A DNA stretch of 64,000 bases from an uncultured Pelagibacteraceae bacterium (GCA_902610585.1 CACLWE010000003.1:52314-116313); one strand, 5' to 3'. Positions 52,357 through 63,418 are shown, counted from the first letter of the stretch. A program made the numbers and translations. The notes: generated by a model not told the origin, from the letters alone.

Positions 52357-53544
52357 TTAAAGGTTTCTAAAAAAATTATAAACTACTGAAAATACTGAAT
52401 TTTTTTCTGATTTAGACTCATCTTTATCTCCCTCCATGTTATGGTTTGCGGCATAATTTAAAAGACCAAATGCTGATGCAAGAGACGGATTATCTAAATA
52501 AGTTTTTGATCCGTTAATTTTTTTTGTCGATCCTAAGCGAAAATTACTATCACTCATTTGATTTTTGATGAATTTTTGCATAGTTAACGACTTTGCTCCA
52601 TATCCAGTAAGCACAATATTATTAGATACTAGAGAGCTGAATTTTGATTTATAAATTATATTTTTTATTAAATTTGATAATTCTTCTGCTCTTGATGAAT
52701 ATATTTCAAAATACTTTTCTAATTTTTTTTCATAAATTCTCTGACTATTCATTGTATCAATTTGCTTTCTAACTATTTCGGCCTCTTCTAGTGAAATTGA
52801 TTTGACTTGTGATATATCATTTGAAAAATTATAAGTTCCAACTTTAACCGTATCATAGCCAATAAGTTGGTTGTCAAAGGTATAAGAAATAATTGTCTTG
52901 TTTTTTTGAATATCGATACTTACTGCTCCACTATCTGCTTCTTCATCTGATAACACTGCAAGACTGCTAGCATAGTGACTCGAAACTATCTGTTTGAGGC
53001 TTATATCTTGATTATTTAATAAATCTAATATTTTACTTAGGTAGTCTTTTGAAGTTGATATAACATGCCATTTTGTATGAAGAGTTTCAGCTTTCACACC
53101 AATTGGATCTGATAAGCTTTTTTTATTATCTACTTTGTAACTTATTGGAAAGGAATGAAGTGGTTCATCAGTTTCAGTATATAGTCCTTTAAATTTTGTA
53201 TCTTCAAAAAAAGATTTGATATCATTTTCTGTTATGATCCTACCTGAAATTTTATTTTCAAATTCAATATAATCTGATTTCATGTTTTCTGATATACTGA
53301 CATAAACGTTACTAATCTTTATACCAGCATCTACTTCTGCTTTCGAAATAGCGGTATCAAGATGATTTTTAATTTCATCTTTTTCCAATGAAAAGGGCTT
53401 TAAACAATTGACTTTTAGTTTAGAAGTACCTATTCCAATAAGTTGAAGAATTTTCCCTTTGTCTAATATTTGCAATTCTTGAGCAATAAGGCAAATTACT
53501 TTGTCGGCTCTTATGTCAATCGCACTAATTATTTTTTGAACCAT
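52357..53544 (-). CDS. ftsA: cell division protein FtsA
   Basis: Actin-like ATPase fold with AIDIRADKVICLIAQ, directly downstream of ftsQ. 395 aa with a C-terminal amphipathic tail. Confidence 0.8.
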   Translation of the reverse strand: MVQKIISAIDIRADKVICLIAQELQILDKGKILQLIGIGTSKLKVNCLKPFSLEKDEIKNHLDTAISKAEVDAGIKISNVYVSISENMKSDYIEFENKISGRIITENDIKSFFEDTKFKGLYTETDEPLHSFPISYKVDNKKSLSDPIGVKAETLHTKWHVISTSKDYLSKILDLLNNQDISLKQIVSSHYASSLAVLSDEEADSGAVSIDIQKNKTIISYTFDNQLIGYDTVKVGTYNFSNDISQVKSISLEEAEIVRKQIDTMNSQRIYEKKLEKYFEIYSSRAEELSNLIKNIIYKSKFSSLVSNNIVLTGYGAKSLTMQKFIKNQMSDSNFRLGSTKKINGSKTYLDNPSLASAFGLLNYAANHNMEGDKDESKSEKNSVFSVVYNFFRNL

Positions 53545-54278
53545 TAAATCTCATCAATACCATAATTTATTTTTCCATCTAAAACTTTGAGGGCTGCTCT
53601 TCCTTGAATTCTTAAATCTATTTCAATAATGTTACTTTCCATTACTTCTTGCTCCTCAAAAAGCTGTTTTAAATTTTTTAATGATTGTTGAATGTTTTCA
53701 TCTGGTAATTTTATAAGCAATTTATTATTTAATTTTAGATTCCACCTTCTTTTTTCAATAAATTCAACTTCTTCCAGAGTTTGAGTTAAATTTGGAAACG
53801 CAATACTTATGTCCCTGATTAATTGCTCGAGTAATTCTGGCGATTTCTCACCCCTTACAAATAAGAGGTCATCTTCATAATTATTTAAGTTGATTTCGGT
53901 AATGATTGATCCATCAAGATCTATAAGAAAAGATTTTCCTTCTTGAAAGTATATTGCATATGGATCGTTCTCCGTTACATTTATTTTTAAAGTTGATGGT
54001 AAAACTTTTTTTATAGAAGCCCGCTTTACCCATTCACTTGACTCTACAATTTCCTTGATGGAATTAAAATTTAAGCCAATAAGATTACCTTTAAATTCAG
54101 TCACATTATTTTCAATCTCAGATATATTTGATTTTTCAGAACCTTCTATAATTACATTCTTAATTTGAAATGAATTATTTAGTAAACTTGGAAATTTTAA
54201 AAATACAAATATTGCAATAAGAGAAATAAATATTAAAGAGAAGGAAACAATATTTATTATTTTAATTTTGCGTTGCAT
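53544..54278 (-). CDS. ftsQ: cell division protein FtsQ
   Basis: Single N-terminal TM, then POTRA-like (IKNVIIEG) and FtsQ beta domains. Lies between ddl and ftsA. Confidence 0.75.
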   Translation of the reverse strand: MQRKIKIINIVSFSLIFISLIAIFVFLKFPSLLNNSFQIKNVIIEGSEKSNISEIENNVTEFKGNLIGLNFNSIKEIVESSEWVKRASIKKVLPSTLKINVTENDPYAIYFQEGKSFLIDLDGSIITEINLNNYEDDLLFVRGEKSPELLEQLIRDISIAFPNLTQTLEEVEFIEKRRWNLKLNNKLLIKLPDENIQQSLKNLKQLFEEQEVMESNIIEIDLRIQGRAALKVLDGKINYGIDEI

Positions 54279-55170
54279 CTAATAGGATCCAATTAATAAG
54301 ATTATCAAAGTTTATACCTTTATAATTTGCAATTTCAGGGACTAATGAAGTTGGTGTCATGCCGGGTTGGGTATTAAGCTCTAATATATAAAATTTTTTT
54401 GTCACTTTATCTAATATAAATTCGGTTCGGCTGATTCCCTTACAACCCAATAATTTATGAGCATCTAAACCTAAACCTTCAACTTTTTTAATAAGGTCGC
54501 TCTCTAATCTTGGTGGAATTATATGTTTTGTTTTCCCTGCATCAAAGTACTTTGATTCGTAATCATAGAATTCGTTTTTTGGATCAATTTCAATAGAACC
54601 AGTTTTATTTGTTCCTATAACAGCAACATTTATCTCAGGACCCTCTATAAATTGCTGAAGCAATAATTCATTTCGAAATTTATTCTCAGACAAGTATTTA
54701 TTTAATTCCTCATGGTTTCTAATAATGCTAACTCCAACACTAGATCCTTCATTTCTAGGTTTTAATACATAGGGAAAATCAAATATATTTTGATCTTTCA
54801 CTTCCTCTATCTTCATCAATTTCGTTAAAGGATGATTAAACCCATTTTCAATAAATAGTTCAGCAGATTTGTATTTATCCATTGCTAATTTGGATGACTC
54901 AATTCCAGAATGAGTGTAAGGCACTCCATATTTTTCAAGTATTTCTTGAACACTTCCGTCTTCTCCCCATGTTCCGTGTAATCCATTGAATACTATGTCA
55001 GGTTTATGCAGTTCAAGGTCAGCTAACAGATTCTCATTTGCATCAATTTCTACAATATTGTAGCCCATATTTTTAAGAGATTTGCTTATTTCTTTTGAGG
55101 TGATAATACTTATTTCTCTTTCTGCAGAAATGCCTCCATACAAAAGCATAATTTTTTTGTCTTTATTCAT
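54262..55170 (-). CDS. ddl: D-alanine--D-alanine ligase
   Basis: LYGGISAEREIS, HGTWGEDGSVQ, the ATP-grasp KPRNEGSSVGV and ELNTQPGMT. Confidence 0.9.
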   Translation of the reverse strand: MNKDKKIMLLYGGISAEREISIITSKEISKSLKNMGYNIVEIDANENLLADLELHKPDIVFNGLHGTWGEDGSVQEILEKYGVPYTHSGIESSKLAMDKYKSAELFIENGFNHPLTKLMKIEEVKDQNIFDFPYVLKPRNEGSSVGVSIIRNHEELNKYLSENKFRNELLLQQFIEGPEINVAVIGTNKTGSIEIDPKNEFYDYESKYFDAGKTKHIIPPRLESDLIKKVEGLGLDAHKLLGCKGISRTEFILDKVTKKFYILELNTQPGMTPTSLVPEIANYKGINFDNLINWILLDATQN

Positions 55171-56090
55171 CTTTCACCAAATATCTTTATTTCCCATTTT
55201 AAGCTTATTCCCAATTTTTTCTTTACATCAGACCTAACATATTCTCCGAAGTCTTCGATAAGGTTTGCTGATTTAGTTTGATTATTAACTATGAAGTTTG
55301 AATGCTTTGAAGAGAAACATATTCCTTGAAGCTCAAAATTTTTAAAACCAGCTTCTTCAATAATTTCCCATGCTTTTTTATCAGTCTGATCTTTTGGATT
55401 TTTAAATGTACTTCCTGCTGTTTTAATTTGCTGAGGTTGAGCTTTTTTTCTTTGATCATCAACTTCTTTCATTTTTAGGGAAATTGCATTTTTGCTTGCA
55501 TTTTTTTTTTGCATATATACATCGCAGATAATCATATCTTGAGGTATATTACTTTTCCTATAAGAAAATAATTCCTTCGAATTACGTATTTCTGAGACTT
55601 GCCCCCTATAATCAATACACTTTGCTTTAATAAAAACATCTTTTGTTTCAGAATTATAACAACCAGCGTTCATACGAACTGCACCACCAAGTGTTCCCGG
55701 AATTCCAAAATAAAACTCCATTCCGCCTATTTCATTTTTCTGACAATAATTCGATAATACTCTATCGTAGGTTGCAGCTCCAACTTCAATACAATCGTTA
55801 TGTAATTTAATTTGACTAAATTCTTTTCCTAATTTTATTACAAGGCCAAATATTCCACCATCTCTTATAATGATATTCGATCCAGCTCCAATCACCGTTA
55901 CTGGTAATTTATCTCTGTTGATTTCTAAAACTTTTGCTAATTCTTCAAAATTTGGGGGCATATAAAATATCTCAGCGTTGCCTGCTACCCCAAACCAGGT
56001 ATATTTTGATAAATTATGATTTATTTGAATTTTTCCAATAACATTGTTTTTTTTACAATTCTCTAAAAATTCCCTTTGATTTTCATTCAT
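55167..56090 (-). CDS. murB: UDP-N-acetylenolpyruvoylglucosamine reductase
   Basis: FAD-binding VIGAGSNIIIRDGG, the GIPGTLGGAVRMNAGCYN context and AGSTFKNP. Confidence 0.9.
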   Translation of the reverse strand: MNENQREFLENCKKNNVIGKIQINHNLSKYTWFGVAGNAEIFYMPPNFEELAKVLEINRDKLPVTVIGAGSNIIIRDGGIFGLVIKLGKEFSQIKLHNDCIEVGAATYDRVLSNYCQKNEIGGMEFYFGIPGTLGGAVRMNAGCYNSETKDVFIKAKCIDYRGQVSEIRNSKELFSYRKSNIPQDMIICDVYMQKKNASKNAISLKMKEVDDQRKKAQPQQIKTAGSTFKNPKDQTDKKAWEIIEEAGFKNFELQGICFSSKHSNFIVNNQTKSANLIEDFGEYVRSDVKKKLGISLKWEIKIFGER

Positions 56091-57474
56091 AAATTTTTTT
56101 TAACTCTTTAGCAAAATTTTGTGCCCAATCTGTAACTGTCCCAGCCCCTAAAAATAAAAAGATTATTTTTGATCTATTCTTCTTTGTTAATTCAAATAGT
56201 TGATCATTTTTAACAAAATATTCAGCTTTTACTTTAGAATTTTTTGCAATGTTACTAATAAATTTATTTAAATCGAAATTTTTTGGTTTTTTCTCACCCG
56301 CTCCATAAACATCCGAAACAAATACATATTCACTATTTTTAAAACACGTCGTGAATTTGCTTTTCAAATCTAAAACCCTTGAGAATCTATGAGGCTGGAA
56401 AATTGTTATTATTCTATTTTTATTGTCTGCATCAACCAATCCTTTTAATACATTGTTTATTTCAGTCGGATGATGGGCATAATCATCAACAACTCTTATG
56501 TTATTATTACTCCATAATTCAGTAAGTCTTCTTTGGACACCCTTAAAAGAATTTAGAGACTTCTTAATTATTTCTGATTTTACATTTAATTGAAGACCAA
56601 CTGCTATAGCAGCTAATGCATTATTTACATTATACGCTCCATGAAGTGGTAACTTAATATTTTTAATAGTTTGGTTTTGCTCTTTTACAAAAACATCAAA
56701 TATTGTTTCATTGGCTTTATGTCTTAATTTAATACATTTGATATCACTTTCTCTATGAAAACCGGTTCTAATAATTTTTGTAGTACTTATATTTGCAGCT
56801 AACTTTCGTAGCTCATTATCATCTATACATATAACTGCGAAACCATAAAAAGGAACTTGTGTGATAAACCTTTTGAAATAGTTTTTTAGATTTTGAAAAT
56901 TTGAATAGTAATCAAGATGTTCTTTATCAATATTAGTTACCACGGAAATTGAGGCTGGAAGTTTCACAAAAGTACCGTCAGACTCATCAGCTTCAACTAC
57001 TAACCAATCACCTGATCCTAATTTTGTATTTGTTCCAAACTGATTTATTATCCCGCCATTGATTACAGTGGGTTTCATTCTTGCACCATTTAAAACTGCT
57101 GAAATTAGAGATGTCGTAGTAGTTTTCCCATGAGACCCAGATATAGCTATAGTTTTTTTTAGTTTTACAATTTGAGATAATATCTCAGCTCTTGAAATTG
57201 AAGGAATTTTAATTTTTTTGGAATGTGCAAGCTCAATATTGTTTTTACTTATTGCAGATGAATAAACAACTAAGCTTACATTTTTTAAATTTGACTGTTT
57301 ATGTGAATTGAAAGTTTTTATTTTCTTTTTATTTAATCGAACAATGTTTGCGTTAATTTTTATGTCACTTCCTTGAACCTGATATCCCATTTCTGATAAA
57401 ATTTCTGCAATTCCACTCATCCCAATTCCACCAACTCCTACAATATGTATTAATTTATTTTTATTTAATTTCAT
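56083..57474 (-). CDS. murC: UDP-N-acetylmuramate--L-alanine ligase
   Basis: GVGGIGMSGIAE, the P-loop ISGSHGKTTTTS and DDYAHHPTEI. Confidence 0.9.
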   Translation of the reverse strand: MKLNKNKLIHIVGVGGIGMSGIAEILSEMGYQVQGSDIKINANIVRLNKKKIKTFNSHKQSNLKNVSLVVYSSAISKNNIELAHSKKIKIPSISRAEILSQIVKLKKTIAISGSHGKTTTTSLISAVLNGARMKPTVINGGIINQFGTNTKLGSGDWLVVEADESDGTFVKLPASISVVTNIDKEHLDYYSNFQNLKNYFKRFITQVPFYGFAVICIDDNELRKLAANISTTKIIRTGFHRESDIKCIKLRHKANETIFDVFVKEQNQTIKNIKLPLHGAYNVNNALAAIAVGLQLNVKSEIIKKSLNSFKGVQRRLTELWSNNNIRVVDDYAHHPTEINNVLKGLVDADNKNRIITIFQPHRFSRVLDLKSKFTTCFKNSEYVFVSDVYGAGEKKPKNFDLNKFISNIAKNSKVKAEYFVKNDQLFELTKKNRSKIIFLFLGAGTVTDWAQNFAKELKKIYE

Positions 57475-58529
57475 CGACTTGCTTCTATATGCTTAAAAAT
57501 TCTTTCAACAGGATCGTTTATATACTCTTTTTTTAAAGTTTCTTTAATAGACTCTCTTCTTTGCGGGCTGTTGATTATTTTATTGATCAGACTTGATAAT
57601 AAGTGAGTATTCATATCTTTGTCCTTAATTATTTCAGCACAATTGAGGCTTTTAAGAACTGATGCATTATAATATTGATGATTGTCAGCAGCATATGGAT
57701 AAGGAATCAAAATTGAGGGAATTCCAAAGTAAATAATTTCATTTACAGTCGATGAGCCAGCTCGTGAAATAATTAAATTTGTATTCTCTAAAATATCTGT
57801 GACATTGCTGAAGTATACATTTACATAGCACTCAATACTATTTTCTCTGTAAAGTTTTTCTACTAAGTTTACATCTTCTTTCCTACATTGATGGTAAACA
57901 ATAAATTCTTTCTTACATTCATTCTTAGATTTTATGATTGAATGAGCGATATTATCTGAAAGGTTTTTTGCACCTTGGCTTCCACCAAGAATACATATTT
58001 TAAGCTGATTTTTTTTATTTGTTTCTTTGTTTTCTAAGTTTTTACTACTCCTAGTTGGCAAACCAACTCTGAATGAATTTTTATTTTGAATTAGCCTTTC
58101 ACCATGCGTTTCGTTGAAAGTTGTAAAGATATTACCTACATATTTAAATAATAATTTATTCGCTTTTCCAATAAATGCATTACCCTCATGAAGAAAAATT
58201 TTTTTTCTCATTATTAAACTAGCGAAAAGAACAGGTATTGTGAAAAATCCACCAAAACCTAAAGTGTAATCGGGTTTGATTTTAAAATTGTAAAACATCG
58301 ATTGAATAAATAAGAACGGGGAATTTATAATATTTGCTAGTCTTGATTGAGAAGAAATAAGATTTCTAAGTATAATTACATTATTTGAGTCTATATTATC
58401 GAAATATTTCTGGCCTCTGTTATCGGTTAAAATAAAGCATTTAAAATTTTTAGGTGCCTCCGAATAAACTACATTTATTGGTATACAGTGGCCGCCGGTA
58501 CCTCCACCTACTAAAAAAAGTTTTTTCAT
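57471..58529 (-). CDS. murG: undecaprenyldiphospho-muramoylpentapeptide beta-N-acetylglucosaminyltransferase
   Basis: GGGTGGH N-terminal motif, GGSQGA and RAGSSTVNE. Confidence 0.9.
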   Translation of the reverse strand: MKKLFLVGGGTGGHCIPINVVYSEAPKNFKCFILTDNRGQKYFDNIDSNNVIILRNLISSQSRLANIINSPFLFIQSMFYNFKIKPDYTLGFGGFFTIPVLFASLIMRKKIFLHEGNAFIGKANKLLFKYVGNIFTTFNETHGERLIQNKNSFRVGLPTRSSKNLENKETNKKNQLKICILGGSQGAKNLSDNIAHSIIKSKNECKKEFIVYHQCRKEDVNLVEKLYRENSIECYVNVYFSNVTDILENTNLIISRAGSSTVNEIIYFGIPSILIPYPYAADNHQYYNASVLKSLNCAEIIKDKDMNTHLLSSLINKIINSPQRRESIKETLKKEYINDPVERIFKHIEASR

Positions 58530-58538
58530 AAATTTAGT

Positions 58539-59651
58539 CTATTCACGAATATGTCGATTCTTTGAAAATAATAAAATTAATCCCGCTGCAATTGACATGC
58601 CAAGGACCGATGAACCTCCATAGCTGATAAACGGTAAGGTAATTCCAGTTGTTGGTATCAACCTTATATTTACCCCTATGTGGATTAAGGCCTGTAAGCA
58701 TACGTATAAAATAAGGGTAAATAAACAGATTTGAATAAAGTGATCATTGTTTCCGTAAATTTTTTTGAAACCTTGATATGATATTATAAAGAAGATTAAT
58801 AATATAAGTGTACAACCTATGAGACCATACTCTTCTGCAACCACAGAAAAAATATAATCTGAATTAGCTTCAGGAATTTTATTTTTTAAAAGACCATTAC
58901 CCGGTCCCACACCAATAATACCTCCTTGTTTAATTGCTTGAAGAGAAATTTCAGTTTGACTTACGTCATATTCATTTGGAAATAAAAATGAATTTATTCT
59001 ATTTTGAACATTAAAATTGAGCAAATATATCATCACAAAACTTAGAATTCCAAAAACCACAATTACAGTGAGTATTATAATACTGAAACCACTCATAAGC
59101 ACTGAACCAAAATAAATAGCTGATAATAAAAAAAATTGACTAATATCAGGCTGCAAAACAAGTATACTTGCAACTGAAATATAGATTAAAGCACTTAGTG
59201 AGTGAGATGATATTTTTGTGCCTTGGTATTGATTATTTAATATCAGAGCCAATACAACGCAAAATACTGGCTTTACTAATTCTATTGGCATGAGAGAAAA
59301 AGATCCAAAACTTATCCATCTTCTTGAACCTTTGATTTCATCCCCAAATAATAGAGTAAGAGCTAGTAAAGCAAAAAATACTATAAATAATATCACACTA
59401 AATAATTTTATGTATTTTGTCTCAATCAGTGAAATAGAAATAAATACTAAAAAACCTATTACTAGGTACAAAGCCTGTATATTAAAAAATGCAAATAGAT
59501 TGTTATTGAGATACCTGCTTGTACCAGGGTTAATACTTAAACTTATTAATAGACCAAAAGTTATTAATACTGTTATACAAAAAAAAATTGGTTTATTTAT
59601 TTCAGTAATCCAGTTTGTAATTATTGACTGTTCATAAGTTCTTTTATTCAT
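58539..59651 (-). CDS. ftsW: SEDS family peptidoglycan glycosyltransferase FtsW
   Basis: SEDS motifs SDYIFSVVAEEYGLIG and LPFISYGGSS. Lies between murD and murG. Confidence 0.9.
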   Translation of the reverse strand: MNKRTYEQSIITNWITEINKPIFFCITVLITFGLLISLSINPGTSRYLNNNLFAFFNIQALYLVIGFLVFISISLIETKYIKLFSVILFIVFFALLALTLLFGDEIKGSRRWISFGSFSLMPIELVKPVFCVVLALILNNQYQGTKISSHSLSALIYISVASILVLQPDISQFFLLSAIYFGSVLMSGFSIIILTVIVVFGILSFVMIYLLNFNVQNRINSFLFPNEYDVSQTEISLQAIKQGGIIGVGPGNGLLKNKIPEANSDYIFSVVAEEYGLIGCTLILLIFFIISYQGFKKIYGNNDHFIQICLFTLILYVCLQALIHIGVNIRLIPTTGITLPFISYGGSSVLGMSIAAGLILLFSKNRHIRE

Positions 59652-60964
59652 TATTTGCTAAGTTTGCTTATAAGTTTATTAAAATGTCTTCCACGTTCTT
59701 CAAAGTTATTATATTGGTCAAATGAAGCGGCGCCTGGACTAAATAAAAAAGTATTGAAATCTGTATTGGTCTTCATAAATTTACTCATTTCGACCACTGC
59801 TTTATCTAAGCTGTGAACATAAACTGTGGTAACTTTACTCTGAAAGTATTTGTGAAAAGTATTAGATTCCTCTCCAATAATTATTACTTTTTTAATATTG
59901 CCAAGACTATCATCTAATATATTGATATTATTGCTTTTTATCTGACCGCCACATATCAAGATGATATCTTTATATTTTTTTAGCGCAGCAATTAGAGAAT
60001 GATAATTTGTTGATTTGGAGTCATTTATGATAAGTTTCTTTTTGTCTGAAAAAATTATTTGCTGTCTAAACTCAAGCCCTCTAAATGATTTAAAAGCATT
60101 GAAGATTTTATTGCTGCTTAGGCCCACTTCTTTCAAAATTTCATATGAGAAGCGGTAGTTTTGGTCGTTACTCAGTAAATTATATTGATTTACATTTAAT
60201 TTAATGGAGTTTTTTTTATTTTTATTAATCTGCTTTAAATTTTTCATTTTACTCAAATGATTATTCTTTTTTATCAATTTTTTTATAATTGAATCATCAT
60301 TAAAAAAACCTTTTTGTGAGCTATTTATATTTTTAAAAATATTTAATTTAGCATTACCATAATTGGACATTGTATTATGTCTCGCCAAATGATCTGGGGT
60401 TAAATTAAGTATACAGGCAATATCAGGTTGAAATATTTTGGAGCTCTCTAATTGATAAGATGACAATTCTAGGACATAAAAACCTTTTTTAATCATCTTT
60501 GTTTCGAAGATTGGGTTACCTATATTCCCCGCAAGCTGTGTGTTAAATTTATTTTTTTTAAGAATATGATGAATAAGCGATACTGTTGTTGATTTTCCAT
60601 TTGTGCCTGTAACCGCAATTATTTTAATCAGGTTTCTTGTATTTAAGTTATCCAGGTATATTTGAAATAAATCTAATTCACTTATCAGTTTAGTATTTTT
60701 TGAAGTTAATTTTTTTATCAGTTTATGTGCTGACTTTCCTTTTGTAGCAATTCCAGGACTAGGTATAACATAGTCTATTTGACTTATTTTTGAAGAATAC
60801 TTTTTATATCCTTTATTTAATATTTTTTTTGAATGTTTGGGATTATCTTCCCAAAAAAATACTACGGATCCACTATTTGTAAGAGATTTATAAATTGAAC
60901 ATCCTGTTTTTCCCATGCCAATGACTACATAGCTTTTCTTTGAAAAACATTTTGACTTCAACAT
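59651..60964 (-). CDS. murD: UDP-N-acetylmuramoylalanine--D-glutamate ligase
   Basis: GMGKTG N-terminal fold, the P-loop VTGTNGKSTT and NDSKSTN. Confidence 0.9.
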   Translation of the reverse strand: MLKSKCFSKKSYVVIGMGKTGCSIYKSLTNSGSVVFFWEDNPKHSKKILNKGYKKYSSKISQIDYVIPSPGIATKGKSAHKLIKKLTSKNTKLISELDLFQIYLDNLNTRNLIKIIAVTGTNGKSTTVSLIHHILKKNKFNTQLAGNIGNPIFETKMIKKGFYVLELSSYQLESSKIFQPDIACILNLTPDHLARHNTMSNYGNAKLNIFKNINSSQKGFFNDDSIIKKLIKKNNHLSKMKNLKQINKNKKNSIKLNVNQYNLLSNDQNYRFSYEILKEVGLSSNKIFNAFKSFRGLEFRQQIIFSDKKKLIINDSKSTNYHSLIAALKKYKDIILICGGQIKSNNINILDDSLGNIKKVIIIGEESNTFHKYFQSKVTTVYVHSLDKAVVEMSKFMKTNTDFNTFLFSPGAASFDQYNNFEERGRHFNKLISKLSK

Positions 60965-60968
60965 TTAG

Positions 60969-62051
60969 TTACCTAATCTTAAGTGTTGCGAGTCCAATCA
61001 AGGCAAGAATTAAAGCGATTATCCAAAAACGAATTACTATTTTTGATTCTGCAATACCATTCTTCTCAAAATGATGGTGTAAGGGAGCCATTTTGAATAT
61101 TCGTTTACCGGTTAACTTGTATGATCCAACCTGAAGAATTACTGACACCGCTTCTGCGACGAATATTCCTCCAACTATTGCTAATACAATTTCTTGCTTG
61201 GTTAGAACACTTATACCCCCCAATGCAGCACCTAATGATAAAGAGCCTGTATCGCCCATAAAGACCATTGCAGGAGGCGCGTTGTACCATAAAAAACCAA
61301 GAGCGGATCCAATTATGGCTGCGCAAAGCACGGTTAATTCACCTGCTCCAGGCAAGTAATTAATGTAAAGATAATTCGAAAAAATCATATTTCCTGCCAA
61401 GTAGCAGATTACAGCAAAAGTCGCAGAGACAATCATAATGGGAACAATTGCTAGCCCATCAAGGCCGTCTGTAAGATTAACCGCATTTGCTGATCCTAGA
61501 ATTACCAATATAACGAATGGAATTGAAAATAAACCTAAGTTTAAAAATATATCTTTGAGAAAGGGTAAGGATAATAACTGAATATCAATTTCATTATAAG
61601 TTGTTATCCAATAAATAAATATCAACGATATTATTATTTGAAAAAAGATTCTTATTTTCGGAGAAATTCCATTACTTGATTTTTTCTTAACTTTACTAAA
61701 ATCATCTGCAAAACCAACCAATCCAAAAGATATTAGAAGGAATATAATTGGCCAAGATATATAGCTTTCAGGATTGACCCATAGAATCATTGATCCAACT
61801 ATAGAAATCAAAATTATAATTCCTCCCATAGTTGGAGTCCCTTTTTTGGCTACTAAGTGAGACTCAGGACCGTCTTCTCTAATAGGCTGACCAATTGATT
61901 GGTATGATCCAATTCTTTTAATTAAAAATGGGCCAAAAAAGAGAATAAAAAAAAATGAAGTAAACAACGCCAGACCTGTTCTAACTGTTAAATAATTTAA
62001 AAAATTATTTAGGGCACCAAGATTTAAATACTCAATTAAATATAAGATCAT
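60969..62051 (-). CDS. mraY: phospho-N-acetylmuramoyl-pentapeptide transferase
   Basis: KKGTPTMGG, NAVNLTDGLDGLA, MGDTGSL and APLHHHFE. Confidence 0.95.
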   Translation of the reverse strand: MILYLIEYLNLGALNNFLNYLTVRTGLALFTSFFFILFFGPFLIKRIGSYQSIGQPIREDGPESHLVAKKGTPTMGGIIILISIVGSMILWVNPESYISWPIIFLLISFGLVGFADDFSKVKKKSSNGISPKIRIFFQIIISLIFIYWITTYNEIDIQLLSLPFLKDIFLNLGLFSIPFVILVILGSANAVNLTDGLDGLAIVPIMIVSATFAVICYLAGNMIFSNYLYINYLPGAGELTVLCAAIIGSALGFLWYNAPPAMVFMGDTGSLSLGAALGGISVLTKQEIVLAIVGGIFVAEAVSVILQVGSYKLTGKRIFKMAPLHHHFEKNGIAESKIVIRFWIIALILALIGLATLKIR

Positions 62052-62053
62052 AG

Positions 62054-63418
62054 TTAACTTATTAAATGATTTGACAACTTTCGTAAATTGATTGAATTCG
62101 AACCTTTTAGAAATACCTTGCTATTCCTATTAAATATTTTTTCTGCATTACTTATAACACTATCTATATTCTCATAATATTCAAACTGAAGTCTTTTATA
62201 TCTTTTTCTAAGCGAGTAAAGTTTTGATCCAACAAAAATTACTTTTTTAGCCTTAATCAGTATTAGATATTTAATTAAATCCATATGAAATTTTTTAGAT
62301 TTATTTCCAAGCTCATTCATATCACCTATGACATAAACTAAATATTTATTTTTAAACTTATTAAAAATATCGATTGTGTCTCTCATAGAAACAGGATTAG
62401 CATTATAAGAATGGTCATGTACTTCTAATTTATTTCCCTTATATTTTGATTTTAGTATTTCGCCTCTTCCTTCTGTAAAAGGAACATTTTTGAATTGATT
62501 GATTAGTTTTAAATTTAAACCTAGCATATAAAAGCAAGTAATAATGGCTAATGCATTAAAAATAAGATTTTTTTGATTTTTTCTTAGAGAAAAATCGAGT
62601 TTACGGGCATCAGGTAGAATTACTTGGCATTTAATAATATTCGTAATATTTGTCTCTTTTTTAAGATATACTTTTGATGATTTAACTTTTCCAATGTCTA
62701 AGCAAGTACTGATCTTTGATTTTTTGAATAACATATATAGCAATTTATAAAAATTAGAATTTCTATTAATAATTAAGTTTTCAATACTTTTTGTTGAAGT
62801 GAATATTTCTGATTTTGCTAATGCAATTTCTTTTAAAGATTTAAAATTACCAAGGTGAACATTTTCAACATTTAAAATAATAGCTGTTTGTGGCTGCAAT
62901 ACCTTTACTAATCTTTTTATTTCTCCTGAATGATTCATGCCTATTTCAAAAAATCCATACTTAGTATACCTTGGCATATTTAGTAATTCGAGAGGCAGGC
63001 CATATTGATTGTTAAATGATTTATGCGAACAGAAAATATCTTCCTCATTTCTAAGCAAATAATTTATTGCATCCTTTGTCCCAGTCTTCCCAATACTACC
63101 TGTAATACCCACAATTTGTGTTTTTAGCTGCGCTCTGTACTTTGTTGCGAGCTTAAGGAGTGCTTTAGACGTATCTTTAACATTAATTTGAGGTATTTTT
63201 ATGCCTCTTACTTTTTTATGAACAAAAGCAATAGATGCACCTTTTTTTTCTGCTTCTACTAAATATTTGTGACCATCTGTATTTAAGCCTTTAATTGCAA
63301 AAAATATATTACCTTTTCTTAATGACCGTGTGTCGATAGATGCACCAGTTATTCTTTTACAAATAATATTGGACCCAAATAATTCGTTTATTTCAGTAGT
63401 TGTAATGAACTTTTTCAT
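62054..63418 (-). CDS. murF: UDP-N-acetylmuramoyl-tripeptide--D-alanyl-D-alanine ligase
   Basis: The P-loop GITGSIGKTGTKD, the YNANP context, and its position between murE and mraY. Confidence 0.9.
   Translation of the reverse strand: MKKFITTTEINELFGSNIICKRITGASIDTRSLRKGNIFFAIKGLNTDGHKYLVEAEKKGASIAFVHKKVRGIKIPQINVKDTSKALLKLATKYRAQLKTQIVGITGSIGKTGTKDAINYLLRNEEDIFCSHKSFNNQYGLPLELLNMPRYTKYGFFEIGMNHSGEIKRLVKVLQPQTAIILNVENVHLGNFKSLKEIALAKSEIFTSTKSIENLIINRNSNFYKLLYMLFKKSKISTCLDIGKVKSSKVYLKKETNITNIIKCQVILPDARKLDFSLRKNQKNLIFNALAIITCFYMLGLNLKLINQFKNVPFTEGRGEILKSKYKGNKLEVHDHSYNANPVSMRDTIDIFNKFKNKYLVYVIGDMNELGNKSKKFHMDLIKYLILIKAKKVIFVGSKLYSLRKRYKRLQFEYYENIDSVISNAEKIFNRNSKVFLKGSNSINLRKLSNHLIS

Noticed and set aside
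51895-52389. A 164-aa plus-strand ORF spanning the lpxC 5' region and the ftsA 3' end.
   Set aside because: It is antisense to two high-confidence genes, has no recognisable motifs and no SD. It is a shadow ORF. The same reasoning applies to 32921-33280, 59290-59637, 63503-63829, 36662-36886, 37181-37414 and the other short antisense ORFs in the track.
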